Source of the DNA: Rhodospirillaceae bacterium
Lineage (GTDB): Bacteria; Pseudomonadota; Alphaproteobacteria; GCA-2731375
Direction: 5' to 3'
Assembly: GCA_018667855.1 (NCBI GenBank)
Contig: JABIRL010000243.1
Coordinates: forward strand, 3,464-67,463
Length of the DNA stretch: 64,000 nucleotides
Of the stretch, positions 48,132 through 58,542 are shown in pieces (position 1 is the first letter of the stretch; the number at the start of each line of letters is the position of its first letter). The position numbers and the translations under genes were made by a program. The notes below the pieces were generated by a model. It had not been told where the DNA came from. It did no database searches and worked only from the letters and a program-made list of their open reading frames with translations.

Positions 48132-49211
48132 ATGCAACTCGGCCTGTTCACCATGCCCCTGCATCCGCCGGGGGCCAATTTCACCGAGACCTTGCAATCG
48201 GACCTGGCGCAGATCGTCGCCCTGGACGAACTTGGCTATACCGAAGCCTGGATCGGCGAACATTTCACCTCCGAGTGGGAGAATATCCCCTCGCCGGAGC
48301 TGTTCATCGCCCAAGCCTTGGCGCTGACCAAGCAGATCCGTTTGGGCACCGGCGTCAGCTGCATGCCGAACCATAATCCCTTCGTCCTCGCCTCCCGCAT
48401 CGCGCAGCTGGATCATATGGCCCAGGGGCGCTTCAACTGGGGCATCGGAACAGGCAGTTTCCCCGGCGACATGCAGGTCTTCGGCTATTGGGGCGAGGAA
48501 GCCACGGTGGACAACGCGGCTTATACACGGGCTTCGTTGGACACCATTTTGCAATTATGGGCCGATCCCAAGCCGGGGGTTTACGAAACTGAATGGTGGA
48601 AATTCACCATCCCCGAAACCGAGGATGATATTGGCCTGCGGGCCCATGTACGGCCCTACCAGACACCCCATCCACCCATCGCATTGGCTGGTGTGTCGCC
48701 CCATTCAACGACACTAAGGATGGCTGGCGCCAGAGGCTGGATCCCCATGTCCATCAACCTGATTCCGCCAAACTTGTTGCAGACCCACTGGCAGGCCATC
48801 GAGGAAGGCGCCCGTGAGGCTGGGCGCGCTCCCGATCGCGGCGTTTGGCGCGTGGCGCGGGAGATCTTCGTAGCCGAAAGCGCTGCCGAGGCCCGTAAGG
48901 AGGCCCTGGAAGGAGTCATGGCGCGGGATTTCCAGGACTATTTCCTGCGTCTGCTGCCCAAGGTGGGCATGTTGGGATTGTTGAAAAATGATCCGGATAT
49001 GGCCGATAGCGACGTGACCATGGAGTATCTGGTCGACAATGTTTTTATCGTCGGCAGTGTCGACGAGGTCGCCCAGAAGCTCAACGACCTGAAAGGCCAG
49101 ATCGGCGATTTCGGCACACTGATGGCGATGGGCCACGAGTGGGAGCCCTATGGGGCCTGGCATCAGTCGATGTCGCTGCTGAAGAACGAGGTTTTGGCGA
49201 AGGTTGACTAG
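48132..49211 (+). CDS. LLM-class flavin-dependent oxidoreductase
   Basis: Luciferase-like TIM barrel (LGYTEAWIGEHF). Confidence 0.8.
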   Translation: MQLGLFTMPLHPPGANFTETLQSDLAQIVALDELGYTEAWIGEHFTSEWENIPSPELFIAQALALTKQIRLGTGVSCMPNHNPFVLASRIAQLDHMAQGRFNWGIGTGSFPGDMQVFGYWGEEATVDNAAYTRASLDTILQLWADPKPGVYETEWWKFTIPETEDDIGLRAHVRPYQTPHPPIALAGVSPHSTTLRMAGARGWIPMSINLIPPNLLQTHWQAIEEGAREAGRAPDRGVWRVAREIFVAESAAEARKEALEGVMARDFQDYFLRLLPKVGMLGLLKNDPDMADSDVTMEYLVDNVFIVGSVDEVAQKLNDLKGQIGDFGTLMAMGHEWEPYGAWHQSMSLLKNEVLAKVD

Positions 49212-49221
49212 GCCCGGCGTC

Positions 49222-50355
49222 ATGGATCGGAACCCTCGTATCGCCATCATCGGCGCCGGCATGGGCGGCTTGGCGGCAGCGGCGGCGCTGCGGGGCGTCG
49301 GCTTTCAGGTTCACGTTTATGAGCAGGCGGAACAGTTCGCGCGGGTGGGCGCCGGTATTCAGATGAGCCCCAACGCCATGCGGGCGCTGCGCGGCCTGGG
49401 GCTTGAGGAAACGATACGCCGCACGGCCTTTCAACCCGAAACCTGGAACAACCGGGAATGGGACAGCGGGGCGGAAAAGTTTGAACTTACCCTGGGCCGC
49501 AGGGCGGAGGCGCAATTCGGCGCGCCTTACCTGCAGATGCATCGCGGTGATCTGCATGCGGCACTTCTATCGGCGGTGCCGGCGACGGACATATCGCTGA
49601 ACAAGCGGTTGGTTGATGTGGCGCCACTGCCGAACGGGTGTGGGCTGTCATTCGCCGACGGCACCGAGGGGGAGGCAGACCTGATCGTTGGCGCGGATGG
49701 CGTGCATTCCCGTATCCGCGAAATCCTGCACGGCGCGGAACGGCCCACGGCGACGGGCCGCGTTGCCTATCGCGCGACGTTTCCGGCCTCCCGCCTGCGC
49801 CAACCGGTCGGCGAGTGCACCAAATGGTGGGGCCCGGACCGCCATATCGTCATCTATTACGTTACGGCGGCCAGGGACGAGGTCTATTTCGTGACCAGTT
49901 TGCCGGATCCGGACTGGGCGCATGAATCCTGGTCCGCCACGGGCGATATGGCTGTCGTCCGTGATGCCTTTGCCGGATTTCATGACGAAGTGCGCGAGGT
50001 TCTGCGCGCCTGTGAAACGGTGCATCGCTGGGCGATCCTGGATAGGGAGCCTCTGGAAAACTGGTTCGGGAACGGCAGTGTTCTGCTCGGCGATGCAGCC
50101 CACCCCATGACGCCCTATATGGCGCAAGGCGCGGCCATGGCAATCGAGGACGGCGTTATGTTAGCGCGGGCATTGCAACAGTCAGCCGATATCAATGGCG
50201 CGTTGGAAGTTTTCGAAGCGACCCGAAAGGCGCGTACGGCCCAGGTTCAGGCTGTTTCTCATGCCAATACCTGGATGCGCCAGGAGACGGATCCCACCTG
50301 GTGCTACGGCTATGACCCCTGGACAGAACCGCTTAGCGCAACCGGCGTTCAATAG
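49222..50355 (+). CDS. FAD-dependent aromatic-ring monooxygenase (salicylate/3-hydroxybenzoate hydroxylase class)
   Basis: RIAIIGAGMGGLAAA dinucleotide motif, a GADG motif, and C-terminal G-D-A-x-H. Confidence 0.8.
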   Translation: MDRNPRIAIIGAGMGGLAAAAALRGVGFQVHVYEQAEQFARVGAGIQMSPNAMRALRGLGLEETIRRTAFQPETWNNREWDSGAEKFELTLGRRAEAQFGAPYLQMHRGDLHAALLSAVPATDISLNKRLVDVAPLPNGCGLSFADGTEGEADLIVGADGVHSRIREILHGAERPTATGRVAYRATFPASRLRQPVGECTKWWGPDRHIVIYYVTAARDEVYFVTSLPDPDWAHESWSATGDMAVVRDAFAGFHDEVREVLRACETVHRWAILDREPLENWFGNGSVLLGDAAHPMTPYMAQGAAMAIEDGVMLARALQQSADINGALEVFEATRKARTAQVQAVSHANTWMRQETDPTWCYGYDPWTEPLSATGVQ

Positions 50356-50431
50356 AACCCATGTTGCGCTAAACCTTTGAAAAAGATCAAATTATCAGCC
50401 AAAAAACGATTCCGTTCTTGGGCTGTTTGAT

Positions 50432-52459
50432 CTACGTCGTAGCCACCCCTGACTGTCGGCCGCCGCCGCGGTTAATCATCCAAGTCAGGGCCACGGCCGG
50501 AATGCCTATGAAGGCAGCGGTAACGTTCAGCTCCAGGTGCGTGAAACCGACGATTTCGCCGCCCGGAAGGGCCAGCATCATGCCGGAGGCGAACAGAGCC
50601 AAACGCAACAGCCAATGCAAGGGATTGGTGCCACTGCCCAATGTTCCAGCACCGATCAAATAGCCCTGCAAGCCGGCCGATACCAGAATAATGCCGGCCA
50701 GGGCTGCAAAGAACACGATGATCACTTCCATTGGCTCGCCAATGCCGAGCAGTGCTGGATTCAGGACAAAGAAGAACGGCACGAAGTAAATGATCGTACC
50801 CAGGCGCATGGCCTCCAACCCGGTCTTCAGGGGGTTCGATTGCGCAATGCCGGCGGCGGCATAGGCGCCAATGGCCACCGGTGGCGTGATAAAGGAAATC
50901 ATTGCCCAATAAAGGATGAACATATGGATCGCCAGATCGTTCAGGCCCGATTTTGCCAGGCCCGGTGCCAAGGTAATGGCCAGGAACAAATAGGCAGCCG
51001 TGATGGTCATGCCGATGCCGAGAACGAAACAGGTCACCGCCCCCATGATCAGCAGCAATATGGTATTGCCGCCCGCGAAGGCGACCAGTTCATAGGCAAT
51101 GGTGCCGACTTTGCCGGTCAGGGACAAAGAGCCGATGATCAGGCCGATTCCCGCCAAGATAGCCGCCAGTTCGGTAAATAACTTGCCGACGCCAACGACG
51201 AAATCCGACAGCTCCCGCCAGCCCCAGCGATGCTGCTTGGCGATCTGGTTGATCACCAGAAGCATGGCCGTGGCATAAAACGGTGCCTGCGCCTCCTGCT
51301 GCATGTACAGCAGCATGTAAATCAGAACCAGAAATACCACAACGAAATACCAGCCGTCGCGCAACACCTCGCGCAAGGTGGGCAGTTCCGACAGCGGCAG
51401 CCCGGATAGGTCATAGCGGGCGGAATAGGCGTCGATCTGCATGAACAGGGCGAAGAAATACAACAGCGAGGGAATGATGGCGGCGATGGCGATGTCGGAA
51501 TAGGGGATCTCCAGGAACACCGCCATAACGAAGGCGGTGGCGCCCATGATGGGGGGCATCAACACACCGCCGGTCGAGGCGCAGGCTTCCACGCCGCCGG
51601 CATAGGCGGGGCGGAAGCCAACCCGCTTCATGGCCGGGATGGACATCACGCCTGTGGTCAAGACGTTGGTGATGACGCTGCCTGACATGGAGCCCATCAA
51701 ACCGGAAGAGAAAATCGCAACCTTGGCCGGGCCGCCCCGGCGCTTGCCCAACAGGGCGAACGCCAGGTTGAGGAAAAACGTGCCGCCGCCCGTGAATTGC
51801 AGGGCGACGCCGAAGATCAGGAAGCCGACCACCAAATTGGCGAAGGCTTCCATCGGTACCCCGATCAGGCTTTCGGTGCCGAACACATGATAAGTCGCCG
51901 TGTCGGCCCAATCATTGGGCTCCCCCTCGAGAAAGCCCGGCGCGTAGGGTGCCAGAATGGGGTAGAGGGAAAACAAAAGGCAGATCAGAAAAATCACCAA
52001 ACCCCCGGCCCGCCGCGCTGCTTCCAACCCGATTATCCAGAAAATGAAGGTCATATAGACCGCATGTTGCGGCGCATCATACTCCCAGCCTTCATCGATA
52101 ATGCTTTCACCGGTAAAGACGAAATAGACCGGGATGGAGAAGGCGAAGGCCGCCAGGATGATGTCATACCACGGCACCCGGTCCTGCGGACCGATGCCGG
52201 GCCAAACTGGATAGAGCAAGAATACCAGGGGCAAAAGGGCCGCCAACATGGCGTAAAAATACTGCGTGTCCAAGGGCACGATGCCGACGTGGATGCCCAG
52301 GTTGAAAATAACATAGACTGCCATAAACACCGAGCTCATGGCCGAGGTTACTAACAGAGCCATCCAGACAGGCGATAAACTACGGTGCCGGTTGGTCGCT
52401 TCCGCTGCCTGTTCCTGCGCCTGCTCGGCGGTAATACTTCCCGATTGCGGATCCGTCAT
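50432..52459 (-). CDS. TRAP transporter, TAXI-type fused 4TM/12TM permease
   Basis: 675 aa highly hydrophobic protein with a DctQ-like N-terminus fused to a DctM-like domain. Confidence 0.8.
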   Translation of the reverse strand: MTDPQSGSITAEQAQEQAAEATNRHRSLSPVWMALLVTSAMSSVFMAVYVIFNLGIHVGIVPLDTQYFYAMLAALLPLVFLLYPVWPGIGPQDRVPWYDIILAAFAFSIPVYFVFTGESIIDEGWEYDAPQHAVYMTFIFWIIGLEAARRAGGLVIFLICLLFSLYPILAPYAPGFLEGEPNDWADTATYHVFGTESLIGVPMEAFANLVVGFLIFGVALQFTGGGTFFLNLAFALLGKRRGGPAKVAIFSSGLMGSMSGSVITNVLTTGVMSIPAMKRVGFRPAYAGGVEACASTGGVLMPPIMGATAFVMAVFLEIPYSDIAIAAIIPSLLYFFALFMQIDAYSARYDLSGLPLSELPTLREVLRDGWYFVVVFLVLIYMLLYMQQEAQAPFYATAMLLVINQIAKQHRWGWRELSDFVVGVGKLFTELAAILAGIGLIIGSLSLTGKVGTIAYELVAFAGGNTILLLIMGAVTCFVLGIGMTITAAYLFLAITLAPGLAKSGLNDLAIHMFILYWAMISFITPPVAIGAYAAAGIAQSNPLKTGLEAMRLGTIIYFVPFFFVLNPALLGIGEPMEVIIVFFAALAGIILVSAGLQGYLIGAGTLGSGTNPLHWLLRLALFASGMMLALPGGEIVGFTHLELNVTAAFIGIPAVALTWMINRGGGRQSGVATT

Positions 52460-52565
52460 GGGTCCGGCACCCCTACAATATGAACTTGAATTGAGACTAA
52501 ATGTGAATTCGTCGAAATGCGGCGGCCGGATCAGTCCGGCCGCCGCAAATCATGATGACGACTTC

Positions 52566-53726
52566 CTACTTGAACGGTACGTTCATGCCGGCCGCTTCAA
52601 GCGAGGCAGCGCGGATTTCCGCCCATTTCTTCAAATGCGCATCGCCTTCAAGACCCAAAGCCTTGACCTTTGTCCAGGCCGCCGCCAGGACATCCTGACG
52701 CTTCAGCAAGGCGGTGTTATGGGCATCATGGTCCGCAGTCCAAGCGCCGATTTCCTTGTAGTATTTGATCGAGCCCGGATGGTAGGGCATGACCCATTTC
52801 AGAATTTGACGGTCGATGCCATAGCCGTCGGCGTTCTTCAAGGCTTCCGTAATCTCGGCGTGATGGGAGACAACCGCCTTGGTCAGCGCATAAATGAAAT
52901 CTTCCGAACGATCACCGTAAGTCACATAAATCGGATACGGGAAGCCGGCGCCATCATAAGGGGTTGAACCCTGCATATTATCTTTAAGCGCGATGCCAAC
53001 CGATACCTTGCGGGGGTTCCAGATCGGCATTTCCGCCTTTGCACGTTCCCAGGCTGCCTTGTCGCCATGAGGATAGGCCGGATGCATTTGCCCCCGGGGA
53101 GAGGCCGCCAGACGTTGAATATGGGGTGAATTGGTGGAGGCGATAACCGCGTCCGCCTGCCCGCCGATCACGCCATCGACAGCCTGTTTCCAACCGGGGA
53201 AATCAACTCGTTTCACATCATTCCAAGTCAGTCCGCCAAAGGCCAGACCCGCCGCCATATTGGCATTCAATGCCGGTGCGCCGCGCACGAAAGCGATCCG
53301 CTTGCCTTTCAAATCCGACATGGATTTTACGCCGATGTCGCCGGCCAGCGCCATGGTGACACCATTGCGGCCCTTGGCATTATTGAAAATATTAAAGACC
53401 CGTTGCGGGCCCCATTTCGGTTTGGCGAAATCAAACACGCCTTCCTGAAGCAGAATGGCCGCCGCGCCGCAGGCGCACAGGTCGGCCTTGCCCTTGAGGA
53501 CCGGGATCATCCGGGAGACATCGTTCTTGCCGGGAATAAGGCGCACTTCGGTGCCGTAGTTTTTCTTCAACACGTTACCGATGGCAACGCCGTTGGCATA
53601 GCCGGACGAGGTCGTGCCATAGGCCGTCCATGATACGCGTTTCGGCAAGTCCGCCGCCGATGCCGAATAACTCAGCACCGAGGCCGCCATGCCTACAGCG
53701 ATTGAGGCAGCTAATAATCTCTTCAT
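52566..53726 (-). CDS. TRAP transporter TAXI-family periplasmic solute receptor
   Basis: Signal peptide MKRLLAASIAVGMAASVLS...A followed by a TAXI-like fold. Confidence 0.8.
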   Translation of the reverse strand: MKRLLAASIAVGMAASVLSYSASAADLPKRVSWTAYGTTSSGYANGVAIGNVLKKNYGTEVRLIPGKNDVSRMIPVLKGKADLCACGAAAILLQEGVFDFAKPKWGPQRVFNIFNNAKGRNGVTMALAGDIGVKSMSDLKGKRIAFVRGAPALNANMAAGLAFGGLTWNDVKRVDFPGWKQAVDGVIGGQADAVIASTNSPHIQRLAASPRGQMHPAYPHGDKAAWERAKAEMPIWNPRKVSVGIALKDNMQGSTPYDGAGFPYPIYVTYGDRSEDFIYALTKAVVSHHAEITEALKNADGYGIDRQILKWVMPYHPGSIKYYKEIGAWTADHDAHNTALLKRQDVLAAAWTKVKALGLEGDAHLKKWAEIRAASLEAAGMNVPFK

Positions 53727-53858
53727 TGTACTCCCCTGAATTTTCAATGCGGCGTAGATGCCGCTGTCACCGATGATTTTTGTTTTTCAAAGGAATTCTG
53801 GAGCAATTCGGTGCCGCTGACAATAGAAGAGCCGAAAAGGGCAATCGCGGCGTCGAAA

Positions 53859-55808
53859 TCAATTTCGGGCCAAGCGGCAGAGAAGGAGCGCCGGCAGAAA
53901 TAATCCCAGGGCGGCCAGTAACAAGACCCAGCCGGACAGTCCCAGCGTGCCGGCGGGCGCCACCAACGACAAACCTGCGCCAACCATCAAAAATCGACCA
54001 ACCAAGGCGAAAGCGCCGCGACCCAAGCCGCCGAACAGCACCAGATGGCCCTGAAGGCCACTGGCGACAACCACCACGCCAAGCAGCGCCGTCAGGGTCA
54101 CCGACATCACTTCCTCGACGTTGCCCATGCCCAGCAGGGCCGGATTGAAGACAAAGAAAAACGGAATGAAATAAATCACCGTGCCAAGGCGCATGGCTTC
54201 CACCGCCGTGCGCATGGGCGGGGCATTGGCCAGGCCGGCGGCGGCGAAGGCCCCGATCGCCACGGGCGGCGTGATATAGGACAGCATGCCCCAATACAGA
54301 ATAAACATGTGTGCCGCCATGGGCTCAATTCCAACCGCGATCAGGGTTGGCGCCAAAGTGATGGCGAGGAACAGATAGGCTGCGGCGACCGTCATGCCGA
54401 TGCCAAGAATAAAACTGGTCACCGCACCCAAAATCAACAGAATAAGTACGTTGTCGCCCGCCACCGACAACATATCGTAGGTGAAGTTTCCGATCATCCC
54501 GGTCATCATCAACGCGCCGATGATCAACCCCACCGGCGCCAGCAATCCCGCCAAGGTCACCAACTGTTCCCCTGTGCCCAGGATGAACACCTGAAAGTCC
54601 CGCCACCGGTATTTTGTTTTTTGCGCCCAGGCTTGGCTGATCAGCAGCACCAATGTGGCCCAATACGGGGCCGATTGCTGCCATCCCAACACCAGCAACA
54701 GCAGCATTAGTACAATGAAAGAGAACAGGTAATGCCAGCCCCCGCGCAAGGTATTGCCAATTCTCGGCAGCAGATCCGGTGCCAGGCCGGCCATGTTGTG
54801 GCGGGCGGCATAACTGTCGATCTGTACGAATAGGCCGAAAAAATACAACAGCGACGGAATGACGGCGGCGGCGGCGATATCGGCATACCTGACGCCCATG
54901 ATGGAGGCCATGACGAAGGCGGCCGCGCCCATGACCGGGGGCATCAATACCCCGCCGGTCGAGGCGGCGGCCTCCACCCCGCCGGCATATGCGGCGTGGA
55001 AACCGGTACGCCGCATGACGGGCACGGTGACCGATCCGGTGGTCAGGACATTGGATACCACACTGCCGCTCATGGAGCCCATCAGGCCGCTGGCCACCAC
55101 CGCGACTTTCGCCGGACCGCCGCGCACCTTGCCCAGCAAGGCATAGGCGAGATCCAGGAAGAATCGCCCGCCGCCCGAATGCTGCAGCGCGGCACCAAAA
55201 ATCAGATAGCCGAAGGCAAGTTCCCCATAGGCCCGCATGGTCGGTCCCAGGAAGCTCTCGACGCTGTAGATATGAAAACTGATGGCGCCCGCGAAATCGT
55301 AGGTGTGGCCATCGATCAGCGCGGGCAGGTCGTCGGCGATCAGGGGGTAGAGGGAAACCACCCCGGTGATGAGGAATATCGGCAGGCCGCCCGCACGGCG
55401 GCCAATTTCCAATAACAGCAGCCAACCCAGGATGGCCGCGCCCAGCGCAAACCCAGGTGGGTCAAAATCCCAACCGTCAACATGGATGTGATGGGCGTTC
55501 CAGAGATAGAAGAACATACAAACAAATGTCAGGACAAAAAGCGATAGATCGTACCAGGGCACGCGATCGCGCGGACCGTCTTTCCGCGCGGGCAGAAACA
55601 GGAATACCGGCGGCAACATCAACATCGCCAACAGGTAGAAGAAATGCGTCGCCTCCAGCAGACCGCCCAGTTTGATATAGGGATGAAACAAACGAAGCAC
55701 CGACAATATGATGGCGGCACCGGTCACGACGATGACGAGGGCCGTCATGACCCCCGGCGTAATGCGGGGCGGAATTCTGGTGTGCTCACCCTGTCCCGCT
55801 TCGTCCAC
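53859..55808 (-). CDS. TRAP transporter, TAXI-type fused permease (second copy)
   Basis: 649 aa paralogue of 50432..52459. Confidence 0.8.
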   Translation of the reverse strand: MDEAGQGEHTRIPPRITPGVMTALVIVVTGAAIILSVLRLFHPYIKLGGLLEATHFFYLLAMLMLPPVFLFLPARKDGPRDRVPWYDLSLFVLTFVCMFFYLWNAHHIHVDGWDFDPPGFALGAAILGWLLLLEIGRRAGGLPIFLITGVVSLYPLIADDLPALIDGHTYDFAGAISFHIYSVESFLGPTMRAYGELAFGYLIFGAALQHSGGGRFFLDLAYALLGKVRGGPAKVAVVASGLMGSMSGSVVSNVLTTGSVTVPVMRRTGFHAAYAGGVEAAASTGGVLMPPVMGAAAFVMASIMGVRYADIAAAAVIPSLLYFFGLFVQIDSYAARHNMAGLAPDLLPRIGNTLRGGWHYLFSFIVLMLLLLVLGWQQSAPYWATLVLLISQAWAQKTKYRWRDFQVFILGTGEQLVTLAGLLAPVGLIIGALMMTGMIGNFTYDMLSVAGDNVLILLILGAVTSFILGIGMTVAAAYLFLAITLAPTLIAVGIEPMAAHMFILYWGMLSYITPPVAIGAFAAAGLANAPPMRTAVEAMRLGTVIYFIPFFFVFNPALLGMGNVEEVMSVTLTALLGVVVVASGLQGHLVLFGGLGRGAFALVGRFLMVGAGLSLVAPAGTLGLSGWVLLLAALGLFLPALLLCRLARN

Positions 55809-55858
55809 TGCTCAACCTCTCGTATTTTTCAGCACCGAAATGGCGCCATGGTCGCCGA

Positions 55859-56857
55859 TTAGCCCAGGTTGGCCACGCGTTCGATCAGCAGATCGAAAAA
55901 ACCATCGGCGTCCACATCTCCCAGCACCAGTGCGTTTTTCCGGCGTTTCGTGACGCCCCACCAGTCGACCACGGTGGCCCCGCGCGTGAGCTTGGATGTC
56001 GTCTCGATCTCGACGTTGCACATACGGCCCTGGAACAGCTCCGGCCGCAGCAACCAGGCGATTGTCGTTGGATCATGCAGCGGGCCCCCGTCCGTGCCGT
56101 ATTTTTCCTCGTCGAAGCGTTCATAGAACACCAACATCTCCACCAGGGCCCGGGCCGCCGGATTGTCGATGTCGCGAATTCTGTCCACCCGTGATTTGGT
56201 TGTCATCACCTTGTGGGTGACGTCCAGGGGCATCATGACCAGGGGCGCGCCGCAGGCGAACACCTCGGCGGCGGCTTCTGGATCGACAAAAATGTTAAAT
56301 TCCGCCGATGGCGTAATATTGCCTTGGGCAAAATAGCCGCCGCCCATCAATACGATCTGTTGAATACGGCCCGCGATGGCGGGTTCTTTTTGCAGCGCCA
56401 GGGCTATGTTGGTCAGCGGCCCGATGGGACACAGCGACACCGTTTCGGGGGCTTCGTTCATTAATGTGTCGACAATGAAATCCACGGCATGCCCGTCCTG
56501 AAGCTGGAACGACGGCTCGAACAGGTTGGGGCCGTCCAGGCCGGTTTTGCCATGCACATGTTCGGCCGTGACCAGGGGGCGGCTCAACGGTCTGTCGGCT
56601 CCCGCGAAGACTTTGATATCGGTTCGCCCGGACATCTCGCAGATGATACGCGCATTGCGTTCGGTCAGGGCCAAGGGCACGTTGCCGGCGACGGCCGTTA
56701 TGCCCAGCAAATCAATTTCCGGACTGCCCAAGGCCAGCATGATCGCGGCGGCGTCATCCTGCCCCGGATCGGTGTCTATGATGACCTTCAATATTGTTCT
56801 CCCTGAATTGTCCCGGGTCCGGCCAATTGAGTTTCCCGACGGGTTCGACAATGACAT
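55859..56857 (-). CDS. Inosine-uridine-preferring nucleoside hydrolase family
   Basis: DTDPGQDDAAAI aspartate cluster. Confidence 0.8.
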   Translation of the reverse strand: MSLSNPSGNSIGRTRDNSGRTILKVIIDTDPGQDDAAAIMLALGSPEIDLLGITAVAGNVPLALTERNARIICEMSGRTDIKVFAGADRPLSRPLVTAEHVHGKTGLDGPNLFEPSFQLQDGHAVDFIVDTLMNEAPETVSLCPIGPLTNIALALQKEPAIAGRIQQIVLMGGGYFAQGNITPSAEFNIFVDPEAAAEVFACGAPLVMMPLDVTHKVMTTKSRVDRIRDIDNPAARALVEMLVFYERFDEEKYGTDGGPLHDPTTIAWLLRPELFQGRMCNVEIETTSKLTRGATVVDWWGVTKRRKNALVLGDVDADGFFDLLIERVANLG

Positions 56858-56952
56858 TTTTCCTAGTCGATTGCCGAGTTGATTTTCGCCTTATGCAAAG
56901 TCCGTGACGCGGATATAATTTCCAGGCCGTCAATGCAATTCGAGGGGCGATC

Positions 56953-58503
56953 ATGTATCCGGGCAAACACGCAATTCAACATCCTGACAAACCGGCTTTC
57001 ATCATGGCGGAAAGCGGCGAAGTCGTTAGCTATGGCGAATATGAAGCGCGTTGCAATCGACTGGCGCATCTGCTTCGGGACCTGGGGCTGAGGCGTCTGG
57101 ACCACTACGCCATCTTCATGGAGAACAATTCCCGCTATCTGGAAAGTTGCGGCGCCGGCGAGCGCGCGGGGCTGTATTTCACCTGCGTCAATTCATACCT
57201 GACCGCCGACGAGCTGGCCTACATCATCAACAACAGCGAAAGCCAGATCCTGATCACCTCCGAAGCGTGCCGCGAGGTGGCTCTAGCCGCCGTGGCGCAA
57301 TGTCCGCAACTGCGCCTTTGCCTGGTTGTTGACGGCCCCGGCGCGGGCGAAGCGATCGTCAATCTGGACGAGGCTGTTGCCCCGTTCCCCGACGGCCCCA
57401 TCGCCGACGAATGTCTGGGCATGGCGATGCTGTATTCGTCCGGCACCACGGGCCAGCCCAAGGGCATTCTGCGGCCCATGCCCGACGAAGCTCCTGATCA
57501 CAACACCTTGCTGTTTAACTTCCTGCAAAACATTTGGCGCTATCGGGAAGGCATGATCTATCTGTCGCCGGCCCCGCTTTACCATTCCGCGCCCCACGCG
57601 GCGGTCAATTTTACCTTCCGCTTCGGCGGCACCGTCATCGTGATGGAGCGGTTCGACCCGGAAAAATATCTGGCTCTGATCGGCAAGTATCAGGTGACCC
57701 ATAGCCAACTGGTGCCGACCATGTTTTCCCGCATGTTGAAATTGCCCGACCAGGTGCGTAACAGCTACGACATTTCATCGCTGGAAACAGCCGTGCATGC
57801 GGCCGCGCCCTGTCCGGTGCAGGTCAAGGAGAAGATGATTGAGTGGTGGGGTCCGATCGTGCTGGAATATTACGGCGCCACCGAAGCGCAGGGACTGACC
57901 GCCTGCGATAGCGAGGAATGGCTGGCCCATCCCGGTACCGTGGGTCGCGTGCTGCTGGGCGATATGCACATTTTGGATGATGACATGCAGCCCTGCCCAA
58001 CGGGGACCGCGGGCATGATCTGGTTTACCAACGCAACCGAGTTCGAATATTTCAATGACCCCGAACGTACGGCGGAAGCAAGTTCCGAAGACGGCAGTAT
58101 GAGCACGGTCGGCGACATGGGCTATGTGGACGAGGACGGCTATCTGTACCTGACCGATCGGGCCACCTTCATGATTGTCTCGGGCGGGGTGAACATCTAT
58201 CCCCAGGAATGCGAGAACCTGCTGATTGTCCATGCAAAGGTGGCTGATGCCGCCGTGTTCGGTATCCCGAACGAGGATTTTGGCGAGGAGGTCAAGGCGG
58301 TCGTCCAGCCCATGCCCGATCATCCACCGGGCGATGAGTTGGCGGAAGAACTGATGATCTATTGCCGGGAGCATCTGTCGTCGCAGAAATGCCCGCGATC
58401 CATCGACTTCGAAGTGGAACTGCCCCGCCTGCCGACCGGCAAGTTATACAAGCGCGTATTGCGTGACCGCTATTGGGGCGATCGTAAGAGCCGCATTCTG
58501 TAA
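56953..58503 (+). CDS. AMP-dependent acyl-CoA synthetase/ligase
   Basis: YSSGTTGQPKG AMP-binding motif and a TGD motif. Confidence 0.85.
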   Translation: MYPGKHAIQHPDKPAFIMAESGEVVSYGEYEARCNRLAHLLRDLGLRRLDHYAIFMENNSRYLESCGAGERAGLYFTCVNSYLTADELAYIINNSESQILITSEACREVALAAVAQCPQLRLCLVVDGPGAGEAIVNLDEAVAPFPDGPIADECLGMAMLYSSGTTGQPKGILRPMPDEAPDHNTLLFNFLQNIWRYREGMIYLSPAPLYHSAPHAAVNFTFRFGGTVIVMERFDPEKYLALIGKYQVTHSQLVPTMFSRMLKLPDQVRNSYDISSLETAVHAAAPCPVQVKEKMIEWWGPIVLEYYGATEAQGLTACDSEEWLAHPGTVGRVLLGDMHILDDDMQPCPTGTAGMIWFTNATEFEYFNDPERTAEASSEDGSMSTVGDMGYVDEDGYLYLTDRATFMIVSGGVNIYPQECENLLIVHAKVADAAVFGIPNEDFGEEVKAVVQPMPDHPPGDELAEELMIYCREHLSSQKCPRSIDFEVELPRLPTGKLYKRVLRDRYWGDRKSRIL

Positions 58504-58542
58504 TGACGTAGTAGTTTATGAAAAAATGTTAGGAATGAGTAA

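Noticed and set aside
49204-49221. Upstream TTG start for the FAD monooxygenase overlapping the LLM gene stop
   Set aside because: The ATG at 49222 gives the conserved N-terminus directly before the RIAIIGAG dinucleotide-binding motif, without needing a rare start codon.
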